23,505 nucleotides of DNA, taken from contig JBNPEG010000245.1 in the NCBI GenBank assembly GCA_051117555.1, positions 1 through 23,505 on the forward strand, read 5' to 3'. The position numbers and the translations under genes are program-made. The stretch is from Elainellaceae cyanobacterium (GTDB lineage Bacteria > Cyanobacteriota > Cyanobacteriia > CAZCXK01). Below are positions 8,936 to 17,947 of this stretch, one piece after another (the stretch's first letter is position 1; each line of letters begins with the position of its first letter). The notes under the pieces were generated by a model. It was given only the letters and a program-made list of their open reading frames with translations, made no database searches and was not told the origin of the DNA.

Positions 8936-11341
8936 TTAATCATAATCTCCGCGGCTACCGTTGCGGGTTTCAATATCCTCGTCGGGTGAGTCGTCATCGC
9001 CATCATCATCGTTGTCGGTCGCCTCGCTGCCCCCTCCAACGGCAACTAAGTCAATCTGCTGGCGATAATAATCAACGCTCTTGACCTGCACCTCGACGCG
9101 ATCGCCCAGTCGATATTGCTTACGGTTTTTGCGGCCTACTAATTTTTGCTGTCGCGACCGATATTCATACCAGTCATCTTTGAGCGAGCTGACATGCACG
9201 AGCCCTTCAACCAGCAATTCCTCGATTTCGACAAAAAATCCGTAGGATTGAACTCCGGTAATCAAGCCGTGGAAGACCTCTCCCGTGTGCTGCTGCATAA
9301 ACTCAGCTTTCTTCAGCCCTTCTAAATCGGCTTCAGCATCTTGAGCCAGTTTCTCGCGGTCGGTGAGATAGCCGACGATCGAGGAAAAGGCTTCAGCAAA
9401 TTCGTTTTGCAGGTCGGTTGGCAGTACGTTCCAGCTAATGTTGCCATGACACGAACTATTGAGCAGATCAACCCGTTCTTTAGATCGACTCGAGCGGCGA
9501 TCGCGACCATGCTCAAAGATTGCGTGCAATACTCGGTGCACCAACAGATCAGGATAGCGGCGTAGCGGGGATGTGAAATGGGTATACCCATCTTCAAGCG
9601 CTAAGCCAAAGTGTGGACCCGGATTCGTGCTATACACAGCAGGTTTGAGCGTATCGAGCAGTAGATACGTCAATACTTTTTCGGCTTTAGATTCAGCAAA
9701 CTGCTGGGTTAGATATTGATAATCTTTCGGATGCACGTCCTCATCTTCAATCTTTGGATCGATGCCCATGTTGCCGACCAGTTTCAGCAACTCTTGCACA
9801 TCAGCAGGGTCAGGCATTCGATGGACTCGATAAATAGCTGGGACCTGAAGTGCCTTAAGATGAGACGCAACCAGTTGGTTGGCTAAGAGCATCAGCTCAA
9901 TCACAATCGAACGAGCGGGCAGCAATGACGACACCACCATCGCCCCCAGCGCTCCTTCATCATCGTATTGAAACTTTGTCGAGAAATATTTGCCCATCTC
10001 GGCCCCGTTTTCATCCGGGAAAATCTTTTCGGGCAAATTCAGTTCGAAGGCTCCCCGCTGGCGGCGTTGATCGCGAACCCCGCGACTTAACATCAGGAGC
10101 TGATCCAAAATGTCGAATACGGGTTCAAATTCTTGTAAGTCTTCAATGGCAGGCAATGAATATTCAGTCGATGAGTCTTGACGCTCCTCTTCGGGCTGAT
10201 GGCGCTCTAGAATGGCCTGAGCTTGCTGATAGTTCAACTGATGGTCAACCTGAATAACACTGGGCTGAATTTCAAATTCTTGGACAGTCCCAGCTTCGTC
10301 TAGGGTGATGAGAACTGAAATGGTTAGCCGATCTTGCCCCGGAACGAGGGAACAGCGTCGATGAACGGGGTCGGGCAGCATAGACAGCACCACATCTCCT
10401 AGATAGATAGACGTGCCGCGCTTTTGGGCGTCGGCATCGAGCGGAGATTGAGGATCAATGTAGAAGGATACATCTGAGATATGAATGCCAAGACGCCACT
10501 GGTTTTTGCGGCTGAGTTTTTCTAAGGTGATGGCATCATCCAGTGCTGGGTCTGGCAAATCGGTCGGGGCACTGATTCTTAAGGTGGGGAGCGATCGCAA
10601 ATCTAGGCGCTTTTTTAAATCGGTTTTGCGAACTTTAGCGGGCAATGCTTTCGCCGCCTGGAGTGCCTCTTCAGAAAAGACGCGCGGCAGATCATGCTTG
10701 CAGCAAACAATATCGGTGTCTGAGGCTGCTTCCGCATCGCTGCCCAAAATCTGTGCAATCCGACCCAGGGGAGACGTATGCCCTAGCGGGTAACGCAAAA
10801 TTTCAACATGAACCAGCTTGTCGACGGCTTCTTTAAGCTCGGTTCCGTTGGGCTGGAGACTTAATTCAAACAGCAGGCGATCGTCTAGGGGCACCGCTCG
10901 AAAATCTCCGTCGACCTGCTTGACGCGACCCAGTACAGACTGATTAGCGCGCTCTAAAATGAGCCGCACCTCCCCTTCGGGACTCCGCCGTCGGCTTCCC
11001 TCTTTGGTGACTTTAACTAAGACGCGATCGCCATTCCAGGCTGTACTCAGATGGCTCTCTCGAACGTAAATATCTTCTGCCCCTTCGATGTCTTGGATCG
11101 CAAAGCAAAATCCCTTACTCGAACATCGCAACTTTCCTTCGACGAGCCCATCTTCGACGCTGCGACGGTATTTTCCGCGCTCTTTTACGAGAATGCCAAT
11201 TTTTTCTAGGGCATCGAGCGCAATTTGCAACTTGCGAACGCTCTCGTCATCATCGCAGTTGAGTCTCTTCTCTAAAACTTTTGGAGCAACCAACTTATCA
11301 TCTGTGAAATTCGCGAGTAGAGTAGCGATTGAAAATTCCAT
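8936..11341 (-). CDS. rnr: Ribonuclease R (RNB family) with CSD, RNB and S1 domains
   Basis: Cyanobacterial N-terminus MEFSIATLL. Motifs SSKGFCFA, RGTSIYL, ELMLLAN, HFGLA..YTHFTSPLRRYPDLLVHR and S1 domain GLITGVQSYGFFVE..EGLVHVSSL. Confidence 0.96.
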   Translation of the reverse strand: MEFSIATLLANFTDDKLVAPKVLEKRLNCDDDESVRKLQIALDALEKIGILVKERGKYRRSVEDGLVEGKLRCSSKGFCFAIQDIEGAEDIYVRESHLSTAWNGDRVLVKVTKEGSRRRSPEGEVRLILERANQSVLGRVKQVDGDFRAVPLDDRLLFELSLQPNGTELKEAVDKLVHVEILRYPLGHTSPLGRIAQILGSDAEAASDTDIVCCKHDLPRVFSEEALQAAKALPAKVRKTDLKKRLDLRSLPTLRISAPTDLPDPALDDAITLEKLSRKNQWRLGIHISDVSFYIDPQSPLDADAQKRGTSIYLGDVVLSMLPDPVHRRCSLVPGQDRLTISVLITLDEAGTVQEFEIQPSVIQVDHQLNYQQAQAILERHQPEEERQDSSTEYSLPAIEDLQEFEPVFDILDQLLMLSRGVRDQRRQRGAFELNLPEKIFPDENGAEMGKYFSTKFQYDDEGALGAMVVSSLLPARSIVIELMLLANQLVASHLKALQVPAIYRVHRMPDPADVQELLKLVGNMGIDPKIEDEDVHPKDYQYLTQQFAESKAEKVLTYLLLDTLKPAVYSTNPGPHFGLALEDGYTHFTSPLRRYPDLLVHRVLHAIFEHGRDRRSSRSKERVDLLNSSCHGNISWNVLPTDLQNEFAEAFSSIVGYLTDREKLAQDAEADLEGLKKAEFMQQHTGEVFHGLITGVQSYGFFVEIEELLVEGLVHVSSLKDDWYEYRSRQQKLVGRKNRKQYRLGDRVEVQVKSVDYYRQQIDLVAVGGGSEATDNDDDGDDDSPDEDIETRNGSRGDYD

Positions 11342-11940
11342 GTAGCGACTAATCCTTATGTGTCTGTCAAATTGAGTTCGTCTGGTTGAGAATTAACCCG
11401 TGTCTATGTTTCAGAACTGTAGTCTCTCAAAAAACTCCAGATTTCGAGATGGACATGACGCAGATTAAATCTCGTCAATCTATCTGGCCAGAACGCCTCC
11501 GAGGCATTCAAGCAATTGGCTCACTCTCAGACGCCCATCCTAGCGACACCAGAACGGAGATACACCAAACCAGACGTTTTGCTTCGGATCTATGCCCTGA
11601 ATGTGCTGCATCTATAACCAAACTGGTATGCTGCGGGTGCCCGTCGTCAACCCTTAGTAACCGTGCGATCGCCTTGTTTTAGCGTCGCCATTGTAAAGGG
11701 CTTCAGCGTGCTCATCATCTGTGAGTTCACAAGCGCGATCGCCTCAAGAACAATCACAGCACCAGAAAGCACTTGGCTTCGGTAGGGTCGATAGAGATTG
11801 AACCGTTGCGCAGTTTGCCGCCGGACTTCCCTTGTCATGCCGTGGGTCTGAATCGCAAGGAACCAAACAAAGACAGTGGAATCCAGCTAACTGAGAGTCA
11901 GGAAATCACTCACCCTTAATCTGGGAAAGCGATAATCCCA

Positions 11941-11965
11941 TACTCAAGTAAAACCCACTTGAGTA
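11941..11965. other. Perfect 9-bp inverted repeat in the phoU-rnr intergenic region (possible terminator or operator)
   Basis: TACTCAAGT-AAAACCC-ACTTGAGTA, about 115 bp downstream of the phoU stop. Confidence 0.35.
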
Positions 11966-12080
11966 CTTTACATTTTATATATTCAAACACTATTTAAGCG
12001 TTTGTGCAGCTCTAAATCGATAAATTCCTCGAAGAAAACGCATCAATTCGAAGCAGTTTGATTGCCAATTGGAGACGACT

Positions 12081-12746
12081 CTAACGCTGCCCAGTCACAA
12101 TGTAGGCGACTCGGCGACCAATATTGGTCGCGTGATCGGCCATTCGTTCAAGGTGTCGAATTACCAAAACCAGCAAAACAATTGGCTCAATGATACCTTG
12201 AACATTCGTTTGATATGCCAGCACTTTATAGAGTTCTTCATACTCTTCATCGACCGTATCGTCTTTTAACTTCATCTCTAGCCCTGACTCGGCGTCTAAA
12301 TCAGAAAGAGCAGCAAGACTCATTGCCAACATTGCTCGACATCGATCGGCCATTATTTGAACTCGCCCCATACACGTATGAGATGGATACGAGAACAGCT
12401 TCACCGCAATTTCTCCTAAATCCTCGGCATAATCTCCGATTCGCTCTAAGTCTCTAACGAGCTGCATCATCGCGCTGAGCAATCGTAAATCACGGCTCAC
12501 CGGAGCCTGTAGCGCCATCAAATTTACACAATCCAGTTCAATTTGACGATAAAACTGATCGATTTGCTTATCCTGAATCGCAATCTGCTGAGCAGCCGCT
12601 AAATCCCTCTCGAACAGGGCTCTACAGGCTAATAAACACGAACTTTCGACGAGAGCACCCATTCGTAAAACATCTCGCTGTACCCGGCGAATTTGGCGCT
12701 CAAACTGGGAACGGGTCGAACTTGGAGTGCCTGATGATAGATTCAC
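12081..12746 (-). CDS. phoU: Phosphate signalling complex protein PhoU
   Basis: Motifs VLRMGALVE, LQAPVSRDLR, RDLERIGDYA and LERMADHATNI..RVAYIVTG, giving two PhoU repeats. Confidence 0.97.
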   Translation of the reverse strand: MNLSSGTPSSTRSQFERQIRRVQRDVLRMGALVESSCLLACRALFERDLAAAQQIAIQDKQIDQFYRQIELDCVNLMALQAPVSRDLRLLSAMMQLVRDLERIGDYAEDLGEIAVKLFSYPSHTCMGRVQIMADRCRAMLAMSLAALSDLDAESGLEMKLKDDTVDEEYEELYKVLAYQTNVQGIIEPIVLLVLVIRHLERMADHATNIGRRVAYIVTGQR

Positions 12747-13163
12747 GGGTCAATCAATCCAACGATTAAAGAAGCAAATCAACAAAAATTGGTCTATCTA
12801 GATAAAGAAAAGCGCCAGTTAAAATCTGCTCCCCAAACTAGGTTAGTTGTCACGAGGATGATTTCGGTGGGGCACTATACACGTACAAGCAACTTGAGCC
12901 GGACGTATCAACCTCGAACGCTCAGTATAACGAGTTAGTCCGATAAATCACAAACCAGATGGGGGTGTGCCTCAACCCAACTTATGCAGGTTTTATAGCT
13001 GATGAATCTTACCTACTCACGAGAACCGGATTGGCAAATTTCTTAGACTTTGCTCTTCTAACACTGAACCATGGGAGGGTTAAAAGTCTTTTAAGAGGTA
13101 ACCAACACCTAACGCACACCAATTTTGCTGATCCAACACTGAGGCGACCCATCAACGCATCAG

Positions 13164-13181
13164 GTTACAGAATATAACAAG
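13164..13181 (+). promoter_or_regulatory. HLR1-like (RpaB-binding) direct repeat upstream of psaM
   Basis: GTTACAGA-AT-ATAACAAG resembles (G/T)TTACA(T/A)(T/A)-N2-(G/T)TTACA(T/A)(T/A), 80 bp before psaM. PSI genes are known RpaB targets. Confidence 0.45.
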
Positions 13182-13261
13182 TTATTTCCAGAATGCTGCG
13201 ATTTAGCCGAAATTAGTGACATGGACGTGACTCGTTGTTCATTAGACTAGGAGTGTTATCA

Positions 13262-13357
13262 ATGGGTATATCTGATACTCAAGTTTTCGTTGCTCTTGTA
13301 ATTGCGCTCATTCCAGGTATTTTGGCATTTCGCTTGTCGACCGAGCTATATAAATAA
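13262..13357 (+). CDS. psaM: Photosystem I reaction centre subunit XII (PsaM), 31 aa
   Basis: Translated by hand as [38 protein letters not shown] at 13250-13253. Below the ORF-track size cut-off. Confidence 0.97.
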   Translation: MGISDTQVFVALVIALIPGILAFRLSTELYK

Positions 13358-13859
13358 GAGCTAACGATTACCTGGTTTTCTCAACGCTGCTAACGACAAG
13401 GCGATAGGCGATATCAGTATAAATGCGGATGATGGATCGCAGCGGAGCCCAGTAAGCTACGCTATGTGATTGATGGTTTTCCGGCGATTTAGAGACATGC
13501 ATTAAAGCAGTTTCTAGCCATCGCTTTCAAAGCTAGCTCCGTCGCCAATTTCCTCTGCCGAGCAGTTTTAGGTCCATTACAGTTTGTGAGCTAGCTGACG
13601 CATACCGACAGCTACCTTACGATGACATGTGTGAAGACTCCCGATTCATCATCCGCTATCACTCATTAATTAAATCAACGGGGGTAAATCAGAGGATAAG
13701 TCAATGAGGATTGCCCCTTGTATGAGAGCATCTATCTGGTGATTCTTGCTATTCTGGACTGCTTATTAGTTTGGCAATATCTAGTCTGGCAATATATTGT
13801 ATTGAAGTTAGAGAATTTCCCGAATTTAGCCGTGCCTCTGTCGGAGCAGGATTTTTAAG

Positions 13860-14273
13860 ATGAGACATGCACTCAATTCCCTACCGCCATCCAATCGTCG
13901 GGAATCGTATCGACGGGATGCTGCTGTTCGAGGGCGGCATCACCGTAAGCAGCGTCATCCGTATCGGTCTACAACAGCTGAGCTTGGCATCAAACTTTCG
14001 ATCAATTTGGCAATCGTGGTTGTATCTGCTACAGCATTAGTTAAGCTGATTCCCTATAACCTCTCTCAGCAGACCAAATTGCAAGATATTAACTCTGAGG
14101 TTGAAATCTTGGAAGATCAGGTTGACTCACTTCGGAGCGATTTCAGCCGATATTTTGATCCCCAGCAAACTAAAAGCGTTATGCAAGAGGAGAGTAGTCG
14201 AGTTGATTTGGGGCAATTGCGAGTCGTGTGGACAGAGCCTCCCGAATCAGGAGTTGATCTGTCATCTCACTGA
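13860..14273 (+). CDS. slr1601-like putative cell-division protein (FtsL/DivIC-like: TM plus coiled coil)
   Basis: Basic N-terminus, TM KLSINLAIVVVSATALVKLIPY, coiled coil, and LRSDFSRYFDPQQTKSVMQEES motif. Located downstream of psaM, as recalled for other cyanobacteria. Confidence 0.75.
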   Translation: MRHALNSLPPSNRRESYRRDAAVRGRHHRKQRHPYRSTTAELGIKLSINLAIVVVSATALVKLIPYNLSQQTKLQDINSEVEILEDQVDSLRSDFSRYFDPQQTKSVMQEESSRVDLGQLRVVWTEPPESGVDLSSH

Positions 14274-14443
14274 GATTAAATCAGGGGTGGGAGGATGCTC
14301 GGCTTAATCAGCCATTCTTTGGCAGAAGATAGGAGACAGCTAATTGTGAGTTGTCGCTTGAATAGCATGACAGATGATAGTCAGAGTTGCCTTGCGCTAG
14401 TCGTTCCCGGTATCGATGATCTGAGCTGGGTTCCTGGGTGATT

Positions 14444-15238
14444 ATGACAATCCAAACGTTTCCCCTCGAAAAGATTCAAAAAGTTAGACGATTTATCAGC
14501 AACGGGCTAACGGTCACCGCTAATTTAGAAACATGGACGGGGTCAGGGTCTGATGATGCGGGTGAGCTGCCGGAGCCTGAATCTATCGATGAGCTGGGAC
14601 ATCTATTTAGCGTGGGCAGTTTTTCAGAATTGGACGATGATGCTCAGAGCGCCCACTCTCAGGGAAAATGGTTAATCAGCACCGCGGATATAGCAGGGGT
14701 TCTCATTAAGCTCCCAGGGCTAACCCTCAAACCCGGAATCCGATTGGTGAGCTATTTATATCGGATTCAGGATGATGGCATAGGAGTAGTGTGGGCGTTG
14801 CCAGAAAAATATAGCCACACTGCTCAGCTCGAAGATGCACTAACTCAAGCGGGCGATCGCCAGCAGTATCCTAAGCCGACTGGTGTTTTGGATGACGTGA
14901 TGGAGGCCATTGAGGGCGATCGCTCTCATGCCTCATTTTTGATGGCGTCGATTTTGCGCCGCGAATTGCAAGAATTTGGTGCAGTTGGGCGATCGCGCAA
15001 TTGGGGACATCACCGCTTAATTAGCACACTGCCTGCTCAGGTCAGCAAGCAGCTTGGATCAGAGCCACGAGACTTTTCGCCCCGAGTTCGGCTACTCCCA
15101 GACGCGCGAGCCGCAGTCGAGTTTTTCTCATGCCGGATCACGCCACCCCACCAAATTTTTAGACACGTTGACCAATATCCTCCCAATCGATATGTGCCCG
15201 ATAGCCTAGATCGGTTAATTGCGACTGCTCAGCATTAG
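14444..15238 (+). CDS. Hypothetical protein (cyanobacterial)
   Basis: 264-aa ORF with normal composition and in-frame HIP1 sites. Motifs RLVSYLYR..DGIGVVWALPE and ASILRRELQEFGA..WGHHRLI. No family recognised with certainty. Confidence 0.8.
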   Translation: MTIQTFPLEKIQKVRRFISNGLTVTANLETWTGSGSDDAGELPEPESIDELGHLFSVGSFSELDDDAQSAHSQGKWLISTADIAGVLIKLPGLTLKPGIRLVSYLYRIQDDGIGVVWALPEKYSHTAQLEDALTQAGDRQQYPKPTGVLDDVMEAIEGDRSHASFLMASILRRELQEFGAVGRSRNWGHHRLISTLPAQVSKQLGSEPRDFSPRVRLLPDARAAVEFFSCRITPPHQIFRHVDQYPPNRYVPDSLDRLIATAQH

Positions 15239-15320
15239 AGATATCAAATCTTCCTGGGGTGACTTGCTTGGAACCTGTGATTCACTGGTAGGATCAGTTC
15301 CGTTTATCAGTTTGATTTCT

Positions 15321-15410
15321 TATAGCAATGTGCAATTGCGTCAAGTACAGAAACGGTGGTGTAGGCGCGCCGCGCCCACACCACCGTACTTAACCCCGCA
15401 TACCGCTATA
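15321..15410. mobile_element. 90-bp MITE-like repeat (TATAGC...GCTATA termini, central GC hairpin)
   Basis: TATAGCAATGTGC at the left end and GCATACCGCTATA at the right end. Internal ACGGTGGTGTAGGCGC-GCC-GCGCCCACACCACCGT hairpin. Second copy at 447-526. Confidence 0.75.
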
Positions 15411-15460
15411 TTTTTCAGAGAATTACAGATTGTTTGACCTTGTCATGACTGATTTGAAGC

Positions 15461-16573
15461 ATGGACATCAATCATATTCACTTTTATGCCCATAATGCCC
15501 ACCAATTAAGGAGTTGGTTTGTCGAGGCATTGGGGTTTCACTTCATTGGTTCATTTCAGACTCATCACGATTCTGTCGAAATTATCCGCAGTCATCATGT
15601 TCTTATTCTGGTCTCGTCGCCCCTGACCGAGCAAAGTAGTGTCGCGCGCTATCTAAGGCAACACCCAGACGGGGTTGCAATTGTTGGATTTCGAGTGTCT
15701 AACATTGAAGCAATGATAGAGCGGGCGATCGCCCACGGAGCAAAGCTGGTCCATCCATTACAGGTTGAGCGTCGTCCCACCGGAGTCTTAAAGTGGGCTC
15801 AAGTTCAAGGTTGGGGTGAGGTGATTCACACGCTCGTTGAGCCATGCGATGTCGGTTCATTACAACTATTGCCTATTCCGGATATGCCGGCTGAGGTTGA
15901 AACGCATTACTGGGCTGCTCATTCAAAGACTCACACGTCCCCGTTTGTCACTATTGACCATGTGGTGCTCAACGTTGCAACGGGTGATTTAGACCGCGTC
16001 GTGTCGTGGTACGAGCATGTATTTGGGCTTCAGCGGCAGCAAGAATTTACTATCCAAACTGACCGCTCAGCGTTGCATAGTCGAGTTCTCAAGCATCCGA
16101 ATGGAACGCTACAATTTCCTATCAACGAACCCGCGTCTTCAAGTTCTCAAATTCAAGAATTCTTAGACATCAATCGCGGGCCTGGTATTCAGCATATTGC
16201 GCTCCAAACATCAGATATCATTCAGACAATCGCGCGGCTGCGACAGACGGGGATTTCGTTTTTGCGCGTTCCAGATACCTACTATGCACAACTCCGCGAT
16301 CGCCCAGGATTTCGACCATCACATGCGAATTGGGAGGCGATCGCCCAGCATGAAATCTTGGTAGATTGGTCGGATGACAATCCAGACGCCATGCTGCTTC
16401 AGACGTTTACCCAGCCCATCTTTGAGCAACCCACCTTCTTCTTTGAAATCATTCAGCGTCAGACCTACTCGAATGGATTCGGATATCGACAGGCCTATGG
16501 ATTTGGAGAAGGCAATTTCCAGGCGTTGTTCGAAGCGATGGAGCAAGAGCAAATTCGCAGGGGAAGCATTTAA
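15461..16573 (+). CDS. hppD: 4-hydroxyphenylpyruvate dioxygenase
   Basis: Motifs IDHVVLNV, FPINEP..SQIQEFL..GPGIQHIAL, LLQTFTQP..PTFFFEIIQR and GFGEGNFQALFEAME. Confidence 0.97.
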   Translation: MDINHIHFYAHNAHQLRSWFVEALGFHFIGSFQTHHDSVEIIRSHHVLILVSSPLTEQSSVARYLRQHPDGVAIVGFRVSNIEAMIERAIAHGAKLVHPLQVERRPTGVLKWAQVQGWGEVIHTLVEPCDVGSLQLLPIPDMPAEVETHYWAAHSKTHTSPFVTIDHVVLNVATGDLDRVVSWYEHVFGLQRQQEFTIQTDRSALHSRVLKHPNGTLQFPINEPASSSSQIQEFLDINRGPGIQHIALQTSDIIQTIARLRQTGISFLRVPDTYYAQLRDRPGFRPSHANWEAIAQHEILVDWSDDNPDAMLLQTFTQPIFEQPTFFFEIIQRQTYSNGFGYRQAYGFGEGNFQALFEAMEQEQIRRGSI

Positions 16574-16636
16574 CTGTATTCGGTCACTCACTGTCGCCCT
16601 ACAGTCTTAGGTTTGTTTAACTAGCCCTCTTTGATT

Positions 16637-16981
16637 TCACTGCTGTTCATAGCAGAGTTCCGTAGGTATATAGTGGGTGTCGGGCCAGATTTCATTGATT
16701 TCTGCGGCTTGATGATGGGCTGCGAAACGTTCCCAGAGAATGCCGTTGCAGTCAGTATCAGTCGTAAAGGTTTCAGCGGCTTCATCCTCCCAGCCTAGAT
16801 GCCGCAGTTGTCCGGGTTTGCAGGTAGAGTCTTGACGGACTGAGACATTGAGGGATTCAGTTCGCCACAGGGCATATTCGCCTGGAATCATGACGCAGGG
16901 CTGGATGCCTAGGCGGGCTGAGTAGTCCTGCACAGAGGTGGCAATATCGCGAGTAGAGATTGCAATATGAATTCGGTTCAT
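16637..16981 (-). CDS. VOC/glyoxalase-fold-like hypothetical protein (114 aa)
   Basis: MNRIHIAISTRDIATSVQDYSARLG..P...EYALWR...LRHLGWED...DCNGILWERF follows the VOC beta-alpha-beta pattern. ATG 16981 is preferred over the ORF-track start at 17137. Confidence 0.75.
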   Translation of the reverse strand: MNRIHIAISTRDIATSVQDYSARLGIQPCVMIPGEYALWRTESLNVSVRQDSTCKPGQLRHLGWEDEAAETFTTDTDCNGILWERFAAHHQAAEINEIWPDTHYIPTELCYEQQ

Positions 16982-17142
16982 GGGTGTTGGATAGTTGCAG
17001 TATTCACGAGTTGCTCCAACTTTACCGCTAATATAGTGGCTAGCAATGCGTGCAAAGGCACGTGTGCAATCTCTTCTGGCTGCGCCTCCTTCCCATCGGC
17101 GATCGCTCTTCCTATGAATTGCCGTGCTGCGCTCCAATATGG

Positions 17143-17502
17143 CTAAACAGTAGTTGCTTTAGGCTTCCTCACAGGACGTTTCCGTTCGCTCCGCCGTGTG
17201 CCACCCGCCATTTTATATTCGTAACTATCCTTGCCATATTTAGAGGCAACGCCAATCAGCATATCCGATGTCAAATGCTTCAGCCGTTGCTCGCCTTCAG
17301 CGATCGCCGCTTGTGCCACATCAATCTGAGACAGCAAACTGTTATAAGCTTCAAGCCTAGTCCGCAGCCGCTCAATCTCGGCATTAAAGTTTCCCAAGGT
17401 CAAGGATTCATTCAGTTCTAAATTTGCATCAATTGTCTTCAAGTTTATTGCCCGCTGTTGAGCATCTTCTAAAACCTGTGAACCCCTTTTTTGACGAGGC
17501 AT
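17143..17502 (-). CDS. Hypothetical 119-aa helical protein with basic termini (YGKDSxEYxxAGGxRxSE motif)
   Basis: GGAG RBS (reverse complement of CTCC at 17511-17514). Predicted coiled-coil helices. N-terminal MPRQKR and C-terminal RRSERKRPVRKPK. Confidence 0.85.
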   Translation of the reverse strand: MPRQKRGSQVLEDAQQRAINLKTIDANLELNESLTLGNFNAEIERLRTRLEAYNSLLSQIDVAQAAIAEGEQRLKHLTSDMLIGVASKYGKDSYEYKMAGGTRRSERKRPVRKPKATTV

Positions 17503-17634
17503 AACAAAAACTCCAAAGAATGAGTGAATAGCTCTAGAATACGAAGTCGGTTAGCGATCGCCGTCCGAGAAATTTAGGAAAAAATCTAGCTAATTTCACC
17601 TGTGACCAGCGTATTCCCCGTAATTTCTCTAGCA

Positions 17635-17850
17635 ACATTACGTTTGATTGCGATGACTTTAAATGATGAGGCGACAACTTTAGATGACGGCGCGATCGCA
17701 TTAATTAACAGCACGGCAACTTTAAATGATGGCGCGATTGCATTAGCTAATGGCGCGACAACTTTAAATGACGGCGCGATCGCGTTAATTAGCAGCACGA
17801 CAACTTTAAATGACGGCGCGATCGCATTAATTAACAGCACGGCAACTTTA
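17635..17850. repeat. Tandem array of ~10 x 21-bp units with a 42-bp higher-order alternation
   Basis: Units ACTTTAAATGACGGCGCGATC and GCATTAATTAACAGCACGGCA largely alternate from 17656 at exact 21-bp spacing. TTA is invariant at positions 4-6 of every unit. Confidence 0.92.
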
Positions 17851-17877
17851 TCAGGACTTATGCACTTGCTGCTTTGA
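17653..17877 (+). CDS. Possible heptad-repeat (xxxLxxG-like) coiled-coil peptide encoded by the 21-bp array
   Basis: MTLNDEATTLDDGAIALINSTATLNDGAIALANGATTLNDGAIALISSTTTLNDGAIALINSTATLSGLMHLLL has Leu every 7 residues. Alternative GTG start at 17602. A competing minus-strand ORF (17586-17972) is also open. Confidence 0.4.
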   Translation: MTLNDEATTLDDGAIALINSTATLNDGAIALANGATTLNDGAIALISSTTTLNDGAIALINSTATLSGLMHLLL

Positions 17878-17947
17878 AGCCTGTACAGGGAGAACTTGTT
17901 AATCGGATGCCCCTGCGTGCACAGAAGTAGTCCGAGGAACTGCATCC

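Noticed and set aside
11386..11682. 98-aa plus-strand ORF upstream of rnr
   Set aside because: TTG start, no RBS, no recognisable motif, and it is antisense to the likely rnr leader.
12959..13177. 72-aa ORF between phoU and psaM
   Set aside because: It starts in a degenerate REP remnant, spans promoter-like AT-rich DNA and has no recognisable motif.
15219..15437. 72-aa ORF between the hypothetical gene and hppD
   Set aside because: It reads through the MITE at 15321-15410, and its similarity to the 439 ORF comes from the shared repeat.
8246..16573. ubiX and hppD as a prenylquinone/tocopherol gene cluster
   Set aside because: They are about 6.5 kb apart on opposite strands with unrelated genes between, so proximity is probably coincidental.
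16982..17137. N-terminal extension of the 166-aa ORF
   Set aside because: Non-protein-like sequence. The VOC-like fold begins at MNRIHIAI (16981).
17635..17850. CRISPR array interpretation of the 21/42-bp repeats
   Set aside because: The putative spacers are themselves repeats of one another, the period is too short and no cas genes are present.
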